DNA of 64,000 bases, from positions 32,001 to 96,000 of IMG/VR virus record IMGVR_UViG_3300017917_003016. One strand, 5' to 3'. Of the stretch, positions 8,408 through 17,608 are shown in pieces. Origin of the DNA: a virus (lineage: Duplodnaviria; Caudoviricetes). Position 1 is the stretch's first letter; each line of letters opens with the position of its first letter. A program made the position numbers and the translations under genes. The notes under the pieces are model-generated. The model was not told the origin of the DNA. It saw only the letters and a list, made by a program, of their open reading frames with translations, and searched no databases.

Positions 8408-9396
8408 TCATAACTGATAATCTAAGGGACCAAGTAAATGGCGTTGTCACCACGTTCAAAAATCTTGAGAGTCTGGCTGTTCGTTCTGGTTATAGTCTTG
8501 TTTATATTGATCCCGGGCAGTTCCCTCATATTAATTGCCCTGGTTATCCTGAAGTTAAGTTATCCTGGCCTTGGGGTATTGGAAAAAAGATTGCGGCGGT
8601 GGCTCCGGATCATATACATATCGCTACGGAAGGTCCATTAGGCCTTGCTGCCAGAATCTGGTGCGACCGTAATGGCAAGACCTATAACACCAGTTATCAT
8701 ACTAAATTTCCTGAGTTTTTAGAGCGTTTGTATAATTTTCCTCGTTCTTGGTCCTATTGGTATATGCGTTGGTTTCACAAACATTCGGGGAAGGTTCTTA
8801 CTACCACACAAACTATGGTAAGAGAACTTAAATCACATGGATTCAGTGACAATGTCGTAAGTTGGACACGCGGAGTAGATAAAAAAGTCTTTAGCGATAA
8901 ACTAAGAAGCCCAGAAGTAAATGGTCATCCCATATTGTTAAGTGTTGGTCGTGTTAGCCGAGAAAAAGGTCTTGATGATTTTTGTCAATTAGATGTCCCA
9001 AACGCAACCAAAGTAATTGTAGGTAATGGTCCTTATCGTGCAGAATTAGAGAAAAAATATCCTAATGTAATGTTTGCAGGGTCAAAGTTTGAGCATGAAC
9101 TAGCAGAATATTATGCCAATGCTGATGTATTTGTTTTTACTAGCCGTGTGGACACGTTTGGTATAGTAATGATCGAAAGTCTAAGTTGCGGTACTCCTGT
9201 TGCAGCCTATCCTGTGCCGGGCCCGATAGATATCGTTGAAAACGGTGTTAACGGATACCTGTCTGATGATCTAAATCAAGCCATTCAACAGTGTTTGACC
9301 ATAAGTAGAAAGCAGGTTTATAAATCTAGCCAAAAGTGGACTTGGGAAAATTGTTGGCAGATATTTCATGATAACCTTGTGCCTTCTAAATTTTAA
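8389..9396 (+). CDS. agt: GT4 glycosyltransferase, Agt-like glycolipid synthase
   Basis: QVNGVVTT, PGYPEVKL, HIATEGPLG, TSYHTKFPE, GRVSREKG and DTFGIVMIESLSCGTPV motifs. Confidence 0.8.
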   Translation: MHKKILIITDNLRDQVNGVVTTFKNLESLAVRSGYSLVYIDPGQFPHINCPGYPEVKLSWPWGIGKKIAAVAPDHIHIATEGPLGLAARIWCDRNGKTYNTSYHTKFPEFLERLYNFPRSWSYWYMRWFHKHSGKVLTTTQTMVRELKSHGFSDNVVSWTRGVDKKVFSDKLRSPEVNGHPILLSVGRVSREKGLDDFCQLDVPNATKVIVGNGPYRAELEKKYPNVMFAGSKFEHELAEYYANADVFVFTSRVDTFGIVMIESLSCGTPVAAYPVPGPIDIVENGVNGYLSDDLNQAIQQCLTISRKQVYKSSQKWTWENCWQIFHDNLVPSKF

Positions 9397-9453
9397 TGAT
9401 TTCCAGTAAAATTTTTGTTTGACCTTAGGCATAAGTAATTACATAGTAATAAG

Positions 9454-9480
9454 ACAAAACCCACTTGCGTGGGTTTTGTT
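9454..9480 (+). terminator. Rho-independent terminator
   Basis: ACAAAACCCAC-TTGC-GTGGGTTTTGT. Confidence 0.75.
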
Positions 9481-9493
9481 GCGATTAAGGATA

Positions 9494-9559
9494 GTAAATT
9501 TTTTTTATGTTTGTAATAGGAAAAAACAATTAGACTTAAACTCATTATAAGTTTAAACT
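9494..9559 (+). promoter_or_regulatory. OxyR-like site abutting a sigma70 promoter
   Basis: GTAA-N7-TTAT-N7-ATAG-N7-CAAT (9494-9530) directly before TAGACT-N17-TAAACT. Confidence 0.5.
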
Positions 9560-9580
9560 ATTAAAAGTGTAGGAGATTAT

Positions 9581-9646
9581 ATGTTTGAAATTGTAATCGC
9601 GCTCATAATGGTAGGACTGTTTTGGGCATCATTTGGAAATATTTAA
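9581..9646 (+). CDS. Very small hydrophobic peptide (21 aa)
   Basis: MFEIVIALIMVGLFWASFGNI with an AGGAGA RBS. Confidence 0.45.
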   Translation: MFEIVIALIMVGLFWASFGNI

Positions 9647-9657
9647 AGGAGAAATCA

Positions 9658-10092
9658 ATGAAACTAGTAGGAACAAAGACAGAGCAGCATCTTAAGGACG
9701 CATTTGCAGGTGAATCAAAGGCTAACCGCCGCTATCTATACTTTGCCAACATGGCTGACATTGTAGGCGCACCAGATGTCGCTAACATCTTTCGACATAC
9801 TGCTGAAGGTGAAACCGGCCACGCCCACGGGCATATGGAATACCTAATCAAGGGTGGTTCAGGCGACCCCGAAACTGGCCTTCCGGCCAATGATATCGTT
9901 CAAGCACTGGAAAGTGCTATTCACGGCGAAACACACGAGTACACTGACATGTATCCGAGCATGGCCCGTGATGCACGTGACGAAGGCTTTGACGAAATCG
10001 CTGATTGGTTTGAAACACTGGCCAAGGCAGAGCGCAGCCATGCTGGCAAATTCCAACGCACTCTTGACGCTTTTGTTAAAGAGAACGCATGA
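9658..10092 (+). CDS. rbr: Rubrerythrin (short form without rubredoxin domain)
   Basis: [36 protein letters not shown] and AERSHA di-iron ligands; start moved to the ATG after AAGGAG. Confidence 0.92.
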   Translation: MKLVGTKTEQHLKDAFAGESKANRRYLYFANMADIVGAPDVANIFRHTAEGETGHAHGHMEYLIKGGSGDPETGLPANDIVQALESAIHGETHEYTDMYPSMARDARDEGFDEIADWFETLAKAERSHAGKFQRTLDAFVKENA

Positions 10093-10679
10093 TGCTAACT
10101 CGCGACGACTTATGGAGTTTAGAAGAATATAGTCAGGTTCGCGAGGAATTCAAACCTGCTGCAGCAGCACATCGCAAACTGCGGCAGGTCAGTATTGGCG
10201 ACCATATGACTATTAGTTTTGAAGATCAGTTTACCGTCAAGTATCAGATTCAAGAAATGCTGTTGATAGAAAAAACTTTTACTGCAGAAGGTATTCAAGA
10301 TGAACTTGACGCATACAATCCTCTAATTCCTACAGGCACCAATCTTAAGGCTACACTGTATATTGAGTACAGTGATCCAACAGAGAGAGCACAGCGCCTC
10401 AAAGATCTTAAACGTGTTGAGGATCGAGTTTTTATAAAAGTCGGTAATTATCAAGCAGTCTATGCCATTGCGGACGAAGATATGGATCGAAGTAATCTGG
10501 ACAAGACTAGCGCAGTACATTTTCTAAGATTTGAACTTACTGAGCCAATGATTACAGCCTTAAGACACGGTGTCAACTTGGATGTTGGAGTGAATCATCC
10601 TGCTTATCCTGTGATTGCAACTGTATCTGATCAAACTCGTGATGCGTTAGTGCAGGATTTTGATAAAGAAATTGCTTGA
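10089..10679 (+). CDS. DUF3501 family protein
   Basis: [22 protein letters not shown] and [10 protein letters not shown] motifs; typical rubrerythrin neighbour. Confidence 0.85.
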   Translation: MMLTRDDLWSLEEYSQVREEFKPAAAAHRKLRQVSIGDHMTISFEDQFTVKYQIQEMLLIEKTFTAEGIQDELDAYNPLIPTGTNLKATLYIEYSDPTERAQRLKDLKRVEDRVFIKVGNYQAVYAIADEDMDRSNLDKTSAVHFLRFELTEPMITALRHGVNLDVGVNHPAYPVIATVSDQTRDALVQDFDKEIA

Positions 10680-10687
10680 TTTAAATT

Positions 10688-10715
10688 TGTAAAGCCTGCG
10701 CAGGCGGGCTTTACA
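10688..10715. terminator. Bidirectional terminator between convergent genes
   Basis: TGTAAAGCCTGC-GCAG-GCGGGCTTTACA. Confidence 0.75.
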
Positions 10716-10726
10716 TTTCTATAAGA

Positions 10727-11473
10727 TTAATTTGTATTAATACGCATTAATCCTAACATAGCGAAAAACCTAACATACCAATACCCTAGATCAAACTCAA
10801 ACCATTTCATGGCTAGATTTAGTCTGTTAGGATTTAAATGATGGTTTGCATGAAGTTCTTCGCCGGCTAGTAAAATGCCAATTGGGAACATATTTACTGC
10901 TTTTCCTGAATTGGGTAGTTTTACATATCTAAATCCCAACTTATGGGTGCCCCAATCTGCAGTTAAAATAACAATATCTGTTATAAAAAATCGATGGATA
11001 GCACCAATTATAAATCCAGATATACCAAACAGCAGAGTATATATTCCCCACAGGATAGTTAACCCTAACGTTGGGTGTTTTTGATAAAATTGTTCAATTT
11101 GGCTAGTGTCCGTTTTTATTTCGGGAGCATAAGTGGCTAAATCTTTAGGACCGATGAATCGAGGTTTGTTCGGGTCATTATGTTTGTAGTCGAGCAATTC
11201 CCTAAGGGATTGTAAATGAGGACTACACGGGTCTTCTTTTTGATCGCTAAATCTATGATGTTTTCGGTGCAAAGCACACAAATGTTGTTGCCAGTTTTGA
11301 TAGGCTAAGCCCATCACTACCCATAAAATAAACCTAAACACTATTGCTAAATTTTTATCAATAACATATTGCTTATGTATAATCGATCGGTGAACTAGTA
11401 GGCTAAATGTTGCCCATAGAAGATGATAACAAAGAAGAAAAAATAATATAGAGTTTATCACCATTGGATCCAA
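10727..11473 (-). CDS. Second membrane fatty-acid desaturase
   Basis: His boxes HRSIIH, HRKHH and ELHANHH, plus KWFEFDLG. Confidence 0.87.
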   Translation of the reverse strand: MDPMVINSILFFLLCYHLLWATFSLLVHRSIIHKQYVIDKNLAIVFRFILWVVMGLAYQNWQQHLCALHRKHHRFSDQKEDPCSPHLQSLRELLDYKHNDPNKPRFIGPKDLATYAPEIKTDTSQIEQFYQKHPTLGLTILWGIYTLLFGISGFIIGAIHRFFITDIVILTADWGTHKLGFRYVKLPNSGKAVNMFPIGILLAGEELHANHHLNPNRLNLAMKWFEFDLGYWYVRFFAMLGLMRINTN

Positions 11474-11481
11474 TTGAAAAA

Positions 11482-11488
11482 TATTTAT
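11482..11488 (-). promoter_or_regulatory. T4-like late promoter (minus strand)
   Basis: TATTTAT on + (ATAAATA on -) just upstream of the second desaturase. Confidence 0.55.
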
Positions 11489-11508
11489 TTTAAAGAAACA
11501 ATTGTTTG

Positions 11509-11537
11509 TTGACTATTGGAAAATTTTCTGTTAAACT
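11509..11537 (+). promoter_or_regulatory. Sigma70-like promoter
   Basis: TTGACT-N17-TAAACT. Confidence 0.6.
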
Positions 11538-11572
11538 AAAAAAGTTAACACTAACCTAAATAAGGAACAAAC

Positions 11573-11731
11573 ATGTTTGATTCGATTGAAATACGCAAAG
11601 TAGCCAATGGCTTTATTGTAATTCTTAATACAGAAGCCGATTCTCTAGAGTATGTTTTTGACACTAGCCGCAAGGCTATCAAGTTTATTCGTGAATACGT
11701 AGAAGCCAAACATATAAGAGAAACTGTATAA
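11573..11731 (+). CDS. Small hypothetical protein (52 aa)
   Basis: Manually read MFDSIEIRKVANGFIVILN... with an AAGGA RBS. Confidence 0.65.
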   Translation: MFDSIEIRKVANGFIVILNTEADSLEYVFDTSRKAIKFIREYVEAKHIRETV

Positions 11732-11754
11732 TTTTGCTGACATTTTTTAGCAAA

Positions 11755-11761
11755 ATAAATA
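11755..11761 (+). promoter_or_regulatory. T4-like late promoter
   Basis: ATAAATA upstream of the sugar operon. Confidence 0.5.
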
Positions 11762-11800
11762 GTTTTGTTGCTGTAAATTCAATAAAAACTGGAGAAATCG

Positions 11801-12826
11801 ATGTCAAAAACCGTCTTAGTGACTGGTGGTGCTGGATTCGTTGCACACCATGTCATTGAAAAAATCCTGCGTGAAACCGATTGGAATGTAGTAAGTTTAG
11901 ACCGATTGGACTTTTCCGGAAATCTTAATCGCTTGTGGGACATGGCTCAGGATTTGGATACCACCACTCGTAAGCGCATACGTGTAGTATTCCATGATTT
12001 GCGAGCGGATCTAAACCCGTTGGTACGCCGAGAAATTGGCAAGGTTGACTATGTACTGCATCTGGCTGCAGGTAGTCATGTGGATCGATCAATTGAATAT
12101 CCCATGGAATTTGTTTTAGACAATGTAGTTGGAACCTGTAATGTCCTAAACTATGCTCGTGACCTAGACGGTTTAGAACGATTCATTTATTTCTCAACTG
12201 ATGAAGTATTTGGTCCTGCGCCCGTCGGTGTGGACTACAAAGAGCGAGATCGTTACAACAGTTCTAATCCATATTCTGCCACTAAAGCCGGCGGCGAAGA
12301 ACTAGCCGTGGCTTTTGAAAATACCTATAAGTTGCCGATCTACATCACACATACTATGAATGTGTTTGGTCAAAGACAGCACCCGGAAAAATACATTCCC
12401 ATGTGTATTCGCAAGGTACACGATGGTGATACCATTACTATTCACTCAGACGCTACACGAACAATTCCAGGAAGTCGCCACTATATTCATGCTGCAGATG
12501 TGGCAGATGCTATGTTGTTCTTGTTGAATCTACGGGCAACTTTGGAAGAAGATCACGGCGGAGCCAAATGCCCTAAGTTTAATCTAGTAGGGGCTGAAGA
12601 AATCAATAATCTAGCATTAGCACAGTTAATTGCGGATGTGCAAGGAAAACCACTGCACTATGAAATGGTTGATTTTCACTCAAGCCGGCCTGGGCACGAT
12701 CTGCGCTATAGCCTTAGTGGAGAATACATGAAGAGCCTAGGATGGGTTCCTAGGGTTGCACTTAGCCAACGTATTGGTGAAGTAGTGAATTGGACTTTGG
12801 CCAATGAACGTTGGCTGCGAACTTAA
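11801..12826 (+). CDS. dTDP-glucose 4,6-dehydratase-like extended SDR
   Basis: VTGGAGF, HLAAGSHVDRSI, FSTDEVFG, PYSATK and RPGHDLRY motifs. Confidence 0.9.
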   Translation: MSKTVLVTGGAGFVAHHVIEKILRETDWNVVSLDRLDFSGNLNRLWDMAQDLDTTTRKRIRVVFHDLRADLNPLVRREIGKVDYVLHLAAGSHVDRSIEYPMEFVLDNVVGTCNVLNYARDLDGLERFIYFSTDEVFGPAPVGVDYKERDRYNSSNPYSATKAGGEELAVAFENTYKLPIYITHTMNVFGQRQHPEKYIPMCIRKVHDGDTITIHSDATRTIPGSRHYIHAADVADAMLFLLNLRATLEEDHGGAKCPKFNLVGAEEINNLALAQLIADVQGKPLHYEMVDFHSSRPGHDLRYSLSGEYMKSLGWVPRVALSQRIGEVVNWTLANERWLRT

Positions 12827-12835
12827 AGGACAGAC

Positions 12836-13576
12836 ATGAGCAAGAATATTGTATTTTTAACTTCTGCGGTTTATACTAATTATGGCATTTATAACCCGCA
12901 AGAACGTATTAAGCAAACACTAGAAACAGCACAGAGTGCCAGAAAGTACATTCCTGACTGCAAGATAATTCTTGTGGACAACAGTAAGGTTGACGTGCAA
13001 AATGACGATAGTGCAGAATTTAATGAACTCATCGATACTGTAGATTACTATATCGACAACAGCGACGATAGCGACATTCAGTATTTTCATAACAATGTTG
13101 CAAACTACGATATTGGCAAAAATGCTATGGAAGCCATGGGCCTGCTCAAAGCCCTGACGTTTATCTATAATGACAGCGATATGATGCAGGAAATCAATCA
13201 AGCGTCTCGCATTTTTAAACTCAGTGGCAGATATTCAGTAACTGACAAGTTTGATATTACCAAATTTGATAATCCTTCAACTCAAGACAAGTACGTGTTT
13301 AAAAAGGCTCAGCCAAGTTGGATTAATCCACAAGACACTGGAGTAAATACCTTGCTTCAGACTCGTCTTTGGAGTTTTACGCCAAGCCTGTACCTAGAAA
13401 CCATGCAGATGTATAGTCATATTATTGAAAATATGATTAATTTATTCAATGCAGGCAAGTATATTGACAATGAGCACAGCATGAGCAAGTTTATTCCTCG
13501 CAATAAACTGGTAGAATTAGAAACGGTAGGTCTAATGGGCAACATTGCTCCTAATGGCATGATGATCATCGATTAA
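12836..13576 (+). CDS. Hypothetical protein, glycosyltransferase-like
   Basis: Translationally coupled inside the sugar operon; ILVDNS and FKLSGRY motifs. Confidence 0.45.
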   Translation: MSKNIVFLTSAVYTNYGIYNPQERIKQTLETAQSARKYIPDCKIILVDNSKVDVQNDDSAEFNELIDTVDYYIDNSDDSDIQYFHNNVANYDIGKNAMEAMGLLKALTFIYNDSDMMQEINQASRIFKLSGRYSVTDKFDITKFDNPSTQDKYVFKKAQPSWINPQDTGVNTLLQTRLWSFTPSLYLETMQMYSHIIENMINLFNAGKYIDNEHSMSKFIPRNKLVELETVGLMGNIAPNGMMIID

Positions 13577-14499
13577 TGAAGAATGTACTGTTATTAGGGG
13601 CAAATGGATACATAGGGTCTCGTCTTAAGCAGATCTTAAATTTTGCCCACTGTGTAACTGCAATTGATATTGGTTGGTTTAGTCGTGTTGATGACTGCGT
13701 GGTTTCTGACTACAGACATCTGACTAACAGCGAACTTAAAAAGTTTGATGTAATTATCGTTTTGGCAGGTCACAGTTCAGTAAAAACCTGCGAAGGGCCC
13801 ATGCAAAGTCCATGGTTGAACAATGTGACCAATTTTACAGATCTCTTGGCAAAAACGGACGATCAACTGATAATTTACGCTAGTTCTGCCAGCGTGTACG
13901 GCAATAGTCTGCCGGGACAAAAGCATCGCGAAGAGGTGCAGCGGTTTGTCCCTGTTAATAACTATGATGTTACTAAGTATGTGTTAGATCTGCATGCAGA
14001 AGCGGCCTTGTTGCAGGGACGTAAAATCATAGGTCTTCGATTTGGTACGGTTAACGGTTGGTCATCGATTCTGAGAACCGATGTTATGATCAATGCCATG
14101 TATGAAACTGCAGTGCGCAGCGGTAGCATACAGGTGACCAATAGTCATATCAGTCGAGCCATTCTAGGTATCGAAGATCTTTGCCGAGCCATTGATACTT
14201 GTATCAAAAATCCTGTGCCGGGTATTTACAATCTTGCAAGTTTTAATTTAACAGTCAGTGAAATTGCCAACGCTGTGTCAGACAAGTTAGATGTTCGTTT
14301 GGTTGACAACGGTTTGCTGGGCAATGCCTATGATTTTAGTCTAGACACTCAACTGTTTGAAACTACTTATAATTTCAAATTCAAAGAAACACCCGATAGC
14401 ATACTTCAGAGTTTAGTTGAAAAATATTCAACAGCAAAAACTCAAAGACGTGACCAATATATCTACTATAACTGGACGGAAAAAAATGACATCGAATAA
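13576..14499 (+). CDS. NAD-dependent epimerase/dehydratase
   Basis: LLGANGYIG, YASSASVYG, YDVTK and LRFGTVNG motifs. Confidence 0.88.
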   Translation: MKNVLLLGANGYIGSRLKQILNFAHCVTAIDIGWFSRVDDCVVSDYRHLTNSELKKFDVIIVLAGHSSVKTCEGPMQSPWLNNVTNFTDLLAKTDDQLIIYASSASVYGNSLPGQKHREEVQRFVPVNNYDVTKYVLDLHAEAALLQGRKIIGLRFGTVNGWSSILRTDVMINAMYETAVRSGSIQVTNSHISRAILGIEDLCRAIDTCIKNPVPGIYNLASFNLTVSEIANAVSDKLDVRLVDNGLLGNAYDFSLDTQLFETTYNFKFKETPDSILQSLVEKYSTAKTQRRDQYIYYNWTEKNDIE

Positions 14500-15706
14500 C
14501 TGTAAAGAACTAACAGAATGCCTGTGCTGTGGTAGCCGCTCTCTAAAAGAAGTACTAGATTTAGGCGAGCAGCCAATGGCCAACAGTTTTATAACATCAC
14601 CTGACGAATCAGAATTGACCTTTCCTCTGCGCCTTAATCTCTGCTCGGGATGTACGCATCTGCAACTTAGCCACGCAGTAAATCCAGATCTATTGTTTAA
14701 AAATTATCTCTATGTCAGCGGTACTAGTCAAACTCTTCGCGACTATTTTGATTGGTTCGCTAATTTTACTTTGCAGTATTTTAAAAATCGTCCTAAAGCA
14801 GTTTTAGATATTGCCTGCAATGACGGTAGTCAATTGAATTCTTATAAGAGTCTTGGTCTCAGAACATTTGGTATTGATCCAGCAGAAAATCTACATAAGA
14901 TCAGTTCTGCCAACCATATGGTTGTCTGCGATTATTTCAGCGACAAACACATTGATGAATTCAAACAACACAAATTAGATATAATTACTGCGCAAAATGT
15001 TTTTGCACACAATAGTTATCCTTTAGATTTTCTTAAGATTTGCAAAGAAATAATGCATGACGAAAGTGTGTTGTTTATTCAAACTAGCCAAGCAGATATG
15101 GTAAAGAACAACGAGTTTGACACCATCTATCATGAGCATCTGAGTTTTTTCAACAGTATGAGTATGAATGCACTAGTAAGTCGCGCTGGCCTGCACTTGG
15201 TTGACATCGTCAAAACCCCTATACACGGCAACAGTTACGTATTTGTTATTCAAAAGAATCCAAGTAATACCGAATTGGTAGACCAGATGCTGCGTAATGA
15301 ACGTGAATTGGGATTACAAAATCTGCAGACCTATAGTGAATATGCAGAAAAGTGTATTAATGTAATTGAAGATCTTAAACAAACGATAATGCACTATCGA
15401 CTGCTGGACTACCATATAATTGGGTATGGTGCTGCTGCAAAAGGTATGACTTTGATTAACTTTGGTGATCTTCATTTAGATTATGTAATCGATGACAATC
15501 CTTTGAAACAAGGAAGATTTTGCCCAGGTAGTCACATACCTGTAGTATCAATTGATATCCTTGACAGCCTGTCTTCAGATGCAAAAGTAGCATTTATACC
15601 ACTAGCATGGAATTTCTTTAGTGAAATTCGAGACAAAATTAAAATCAAAAGAGACAAAACAGAAGATGTTTTTATACGGTATTTCCCTAAAATTAACATA
15701 GAATAA
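14486..15706 (+). CDS. NDP-sugar C-methyltransferase family protein
   Basis: CLCCGS...CSGCTHLQL zinc site, LDIACNDG, FDTIYHEHL, HGNS and GYGAAAKG motifs. Confidence 0.88.
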   Translation: MTSNNCKELTECLCCGSRSLKEVLDLGEQPMANSFITSPDESELTFPLRLNLCSGCTHLQLSHAVNPDLLFKNYLYVSGTSQTLRDYFDWFANFTLQYFKNRPKAVLDIACNDGSQLNSYKSLGLRTFGIDPAENLHKISSANHMVVCDYFSDKHIDEFKQHKLDIITAQNVFAHNSYPLDFLKICKEIMHDESVLFIQTSQADMVKNNEFDTIYHEHLSFFNSMSMNALVSRAGLHLVDIVKTPIHGNSYVFVIQKNPSNTELVDQMLRNERELGLQNLQTYSEYAEKCINVIEDLKQTIMHYRLLDYHIIGYGAAAKGMTLINFGDLHLDYVIDDNPLKQGRFCPGSHIPVVSIDILDSLSSDAKVAFIPLAWNFFSEIRDKIKIKRDKTEDVFIRYFPKINIE

Positions 15707-16485
15707 TGCGAACACTAATATCTCATTTTTACAATGAAGAATATCTACTACCGTGGTTCCTAAACCACCACAAGCAGATCTTTGATCATGGCATAATGAT
15801 CGACTATCATTCAACTGATCGATCAGTTGAAATAATCAAAGAAATTTGTCCCACGTGGGACATCGTAACTAGTCGTAATAATGATTTCCAGGCCGACATG
15901 ATCGATGTAGAAGTCAATGAAATTGAAAAACAAATCAGTGGTTGGAGAATTTGTTTAAATGTAACTGAGCAGTTGATTGGCGATTATTCTATCCTAGATG
16001 ATCAACCTAGACAATTATTGATACCTAGTGTATTTTTTGTTGATTGTGATAGAGATCGCCATGTTACACATGATTTACCACTTTACGACCAAAAAACACA
16101 TGGATTTATGTTTGGCGATAGTCCGCAAAACTTTTTAGAACGCCGTAGTCGAAGTCTGCACAACATTCCTGTGCACTATCCTGCTCAGAGTACTCCGCAG
16201 TGTATGGCTCCGGGTCGTCACTGGAATTCATACAATACAGACAAACTAGTGACATTTTACTACGGTTGGTGTCCATTTGACGATGGCGGCATAGCACGTA
16301 AACTACAAATACAGACTCAAATACCTTTGATTGACCGTCAACGTGGTTGGGGATTTCATCATATTACCAACAAGGAAACCCTAACCTGGAGATTGGAAAA
16401 TGAATTCGTACCCAGAGCCAGAAATATTGCCAAGGAAATAGAACCTTATGTTACCAAACATAAAAGTCTTACAAATTTATTATAA
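15706..16485 (+). CDS. GT-A fold glycosyltransferase-like protein
   Basis: FYNEEYLLPWFLNHH...MIDYHSTD motif. Confidence 0.65.
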   Translation: MRTLISHFYNEEYLLPWFLNHHKQIFDHGIMIDYHSTDRSVEIIKEICPTWDIVTSRNNDFQADMIDVEVNEIEKQISGWRICLNVTEQLIGDYSILDDQPRQLLIPSVFFVDCDRDRHVTHDLPLYDQKTHGFMFGDSPQNFLERRSRSLHNIPVHYPAQSTPQCMAPGRHWNSYNTDKLVTFYYGWCPFDDGGIARKLQIQTQIPLIDRQRGWGFHHITNKETLTWRLENEFVPRARNIAKEIEPYVTKHKSLTNLL

Positions 16486-17284
16486 ACCAGAACTTCGTCA
16501 GCATTGTGACCCGTTGTTTGAACCGTTGGATAATACTGCCAATCCTCGTCCAGATCTGAGAGAGTGGTATAATTGGGATCAGGAACACGAGCGTCTGGTA
16601 TCATCAAACCTAGATTATTGGGGTTTTGTTAGTTGGAAGTTCAAAGAAAAAACCAATCTTACAGGACAACAGGTCTTTGACTGGATACAACAAAACCCCG
16701 GTCATGATGTTTATCTGCTTAATCCTTGTATAATCAATGAGGCTTTATTTTTAAACAGTTGGGAACAAGGAGACCTCTGGCACCCCAACATCAGCGGTAT
16801 AGGTAATAAATTTTTAGAAAAATTAGGTTACAATGATATTGATGTGCGATCTATGGTCTTAGATCGAAACAAGACTGTGTTTGCTAACTATGTTATTGGT
16901 AATCGTAGGTTCTGGACTAAATTTATGGAGTTCAGTCGTAGACTCTTTACAGAAGCGGAAAAAGATAGTATATTTAAAAATGAAGTGTTTGGTGCAGGCG
17001 GCAGCAATTATGCACACGACAAGAGCCTGCCAAATTTTACATTTCTAATAGAACGACTAATTCCTACGTTCTTAGAACTAGAAGGATTCGATAGTATTGG
17101 ATACAGTTATGACAATCCCAATGCAGTTCATGAAAAATACAAGCCCCACTGGGCAGATTTGACTGCAATAAGTGATTTAAAATTGCTCATAAATCGTTAT
17201 GAAAGTGACGAATTATACAGTATTTGGAACTATTTTAGACAAAAAATGCTACAACAAAATCCGGGTATTTTAGGTCTGGAATAA
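16448..17284 (+). CDS. Hypothetical glycan-related protein
   Basis: YWGFVSWKF, NSWEQGDLWHP and FLIERL motifs; last gene of the sugar operon. Confidence 0.45.
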   Translation: MLPNIKVLQIYYKPELRQHCDPLFEPLDNTANPRPDLREWYNWDQEHERLVSSNLDYWGFVSWKFKEKTNLTGQQVFDWIQQNPGHDVYLLNPCIINEALFLNSWEQGDLWHPNISGIGNKFLEKLGYNDIDVRSMVLDRNKTVFANYVIGNRRFWTKFMEFSRRLFTEAEKDSIFKNEVFGAGGSNYAHDKSLPNFTFLIERLIPTFLELEGFDSIGYSYDNPNAVHEKYKPHWADLTAISDLKLLINRYESDELYSIWNYFRQKMLQQNPGILGLE

Positions 17285-17364
17285 TTATCTCTTTTTCTGC
17301 CGATAAAACTACGTATAAAAGTCATATCATCCTTGACTATATACTAAACGTTCGGAGGAAAAGC

Positions 17365-17577
17365 ATGGATAATAACCAAACCGAATCGAGATATTATTGT
17401 GCAGGGAGATATTGCGCAGTGAGGGAACAGTGTCACAGACACACTTCAAGTGTAAAGGTAAATGAAGCAGCATTTGATGACTATGATCTAGTCCATATGA
17501 GAGACGGGGTAATCAAACCTTGTCAATATTTTGTAGACCGCAATCTAGCCACAGGTCTACCGCCGAGAGAAATCTAA
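17365..17577 (+). CDS. Small Cys-containing hypothetical protein
   Basis: CAGRYC...C.R pattern with a GGAGG RBS. Confidence 0.6.
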   Translation: MDNNQTESRYYCAGRYCAVREQCHRHTSSVKVNEAAFDDYDLVHMRDGVIKPCQYFVDRNLATGLPPREI

Positions 17578-17608
17578 GCAAGACGTAAAACTAACAGGAG
17601 GGAAAACT

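Noticed and set aside
9622-9657. ORF-track N-terminal extensions (also 14417, 26006, 28345, 36398, 37105, 52094, 59122, 61424)
   Set aside because: Downstream starts have better RBS or promoter placement, and the extensions overlap upstream genes or terminators.
17285-17364. Possible structured leader (AGTCA/TGACT hairpin) before the small Cys ORF and the cell wall hydrolase
   Set aside because: A 5-bp stem in AT-rich DNA is within chance expectation.
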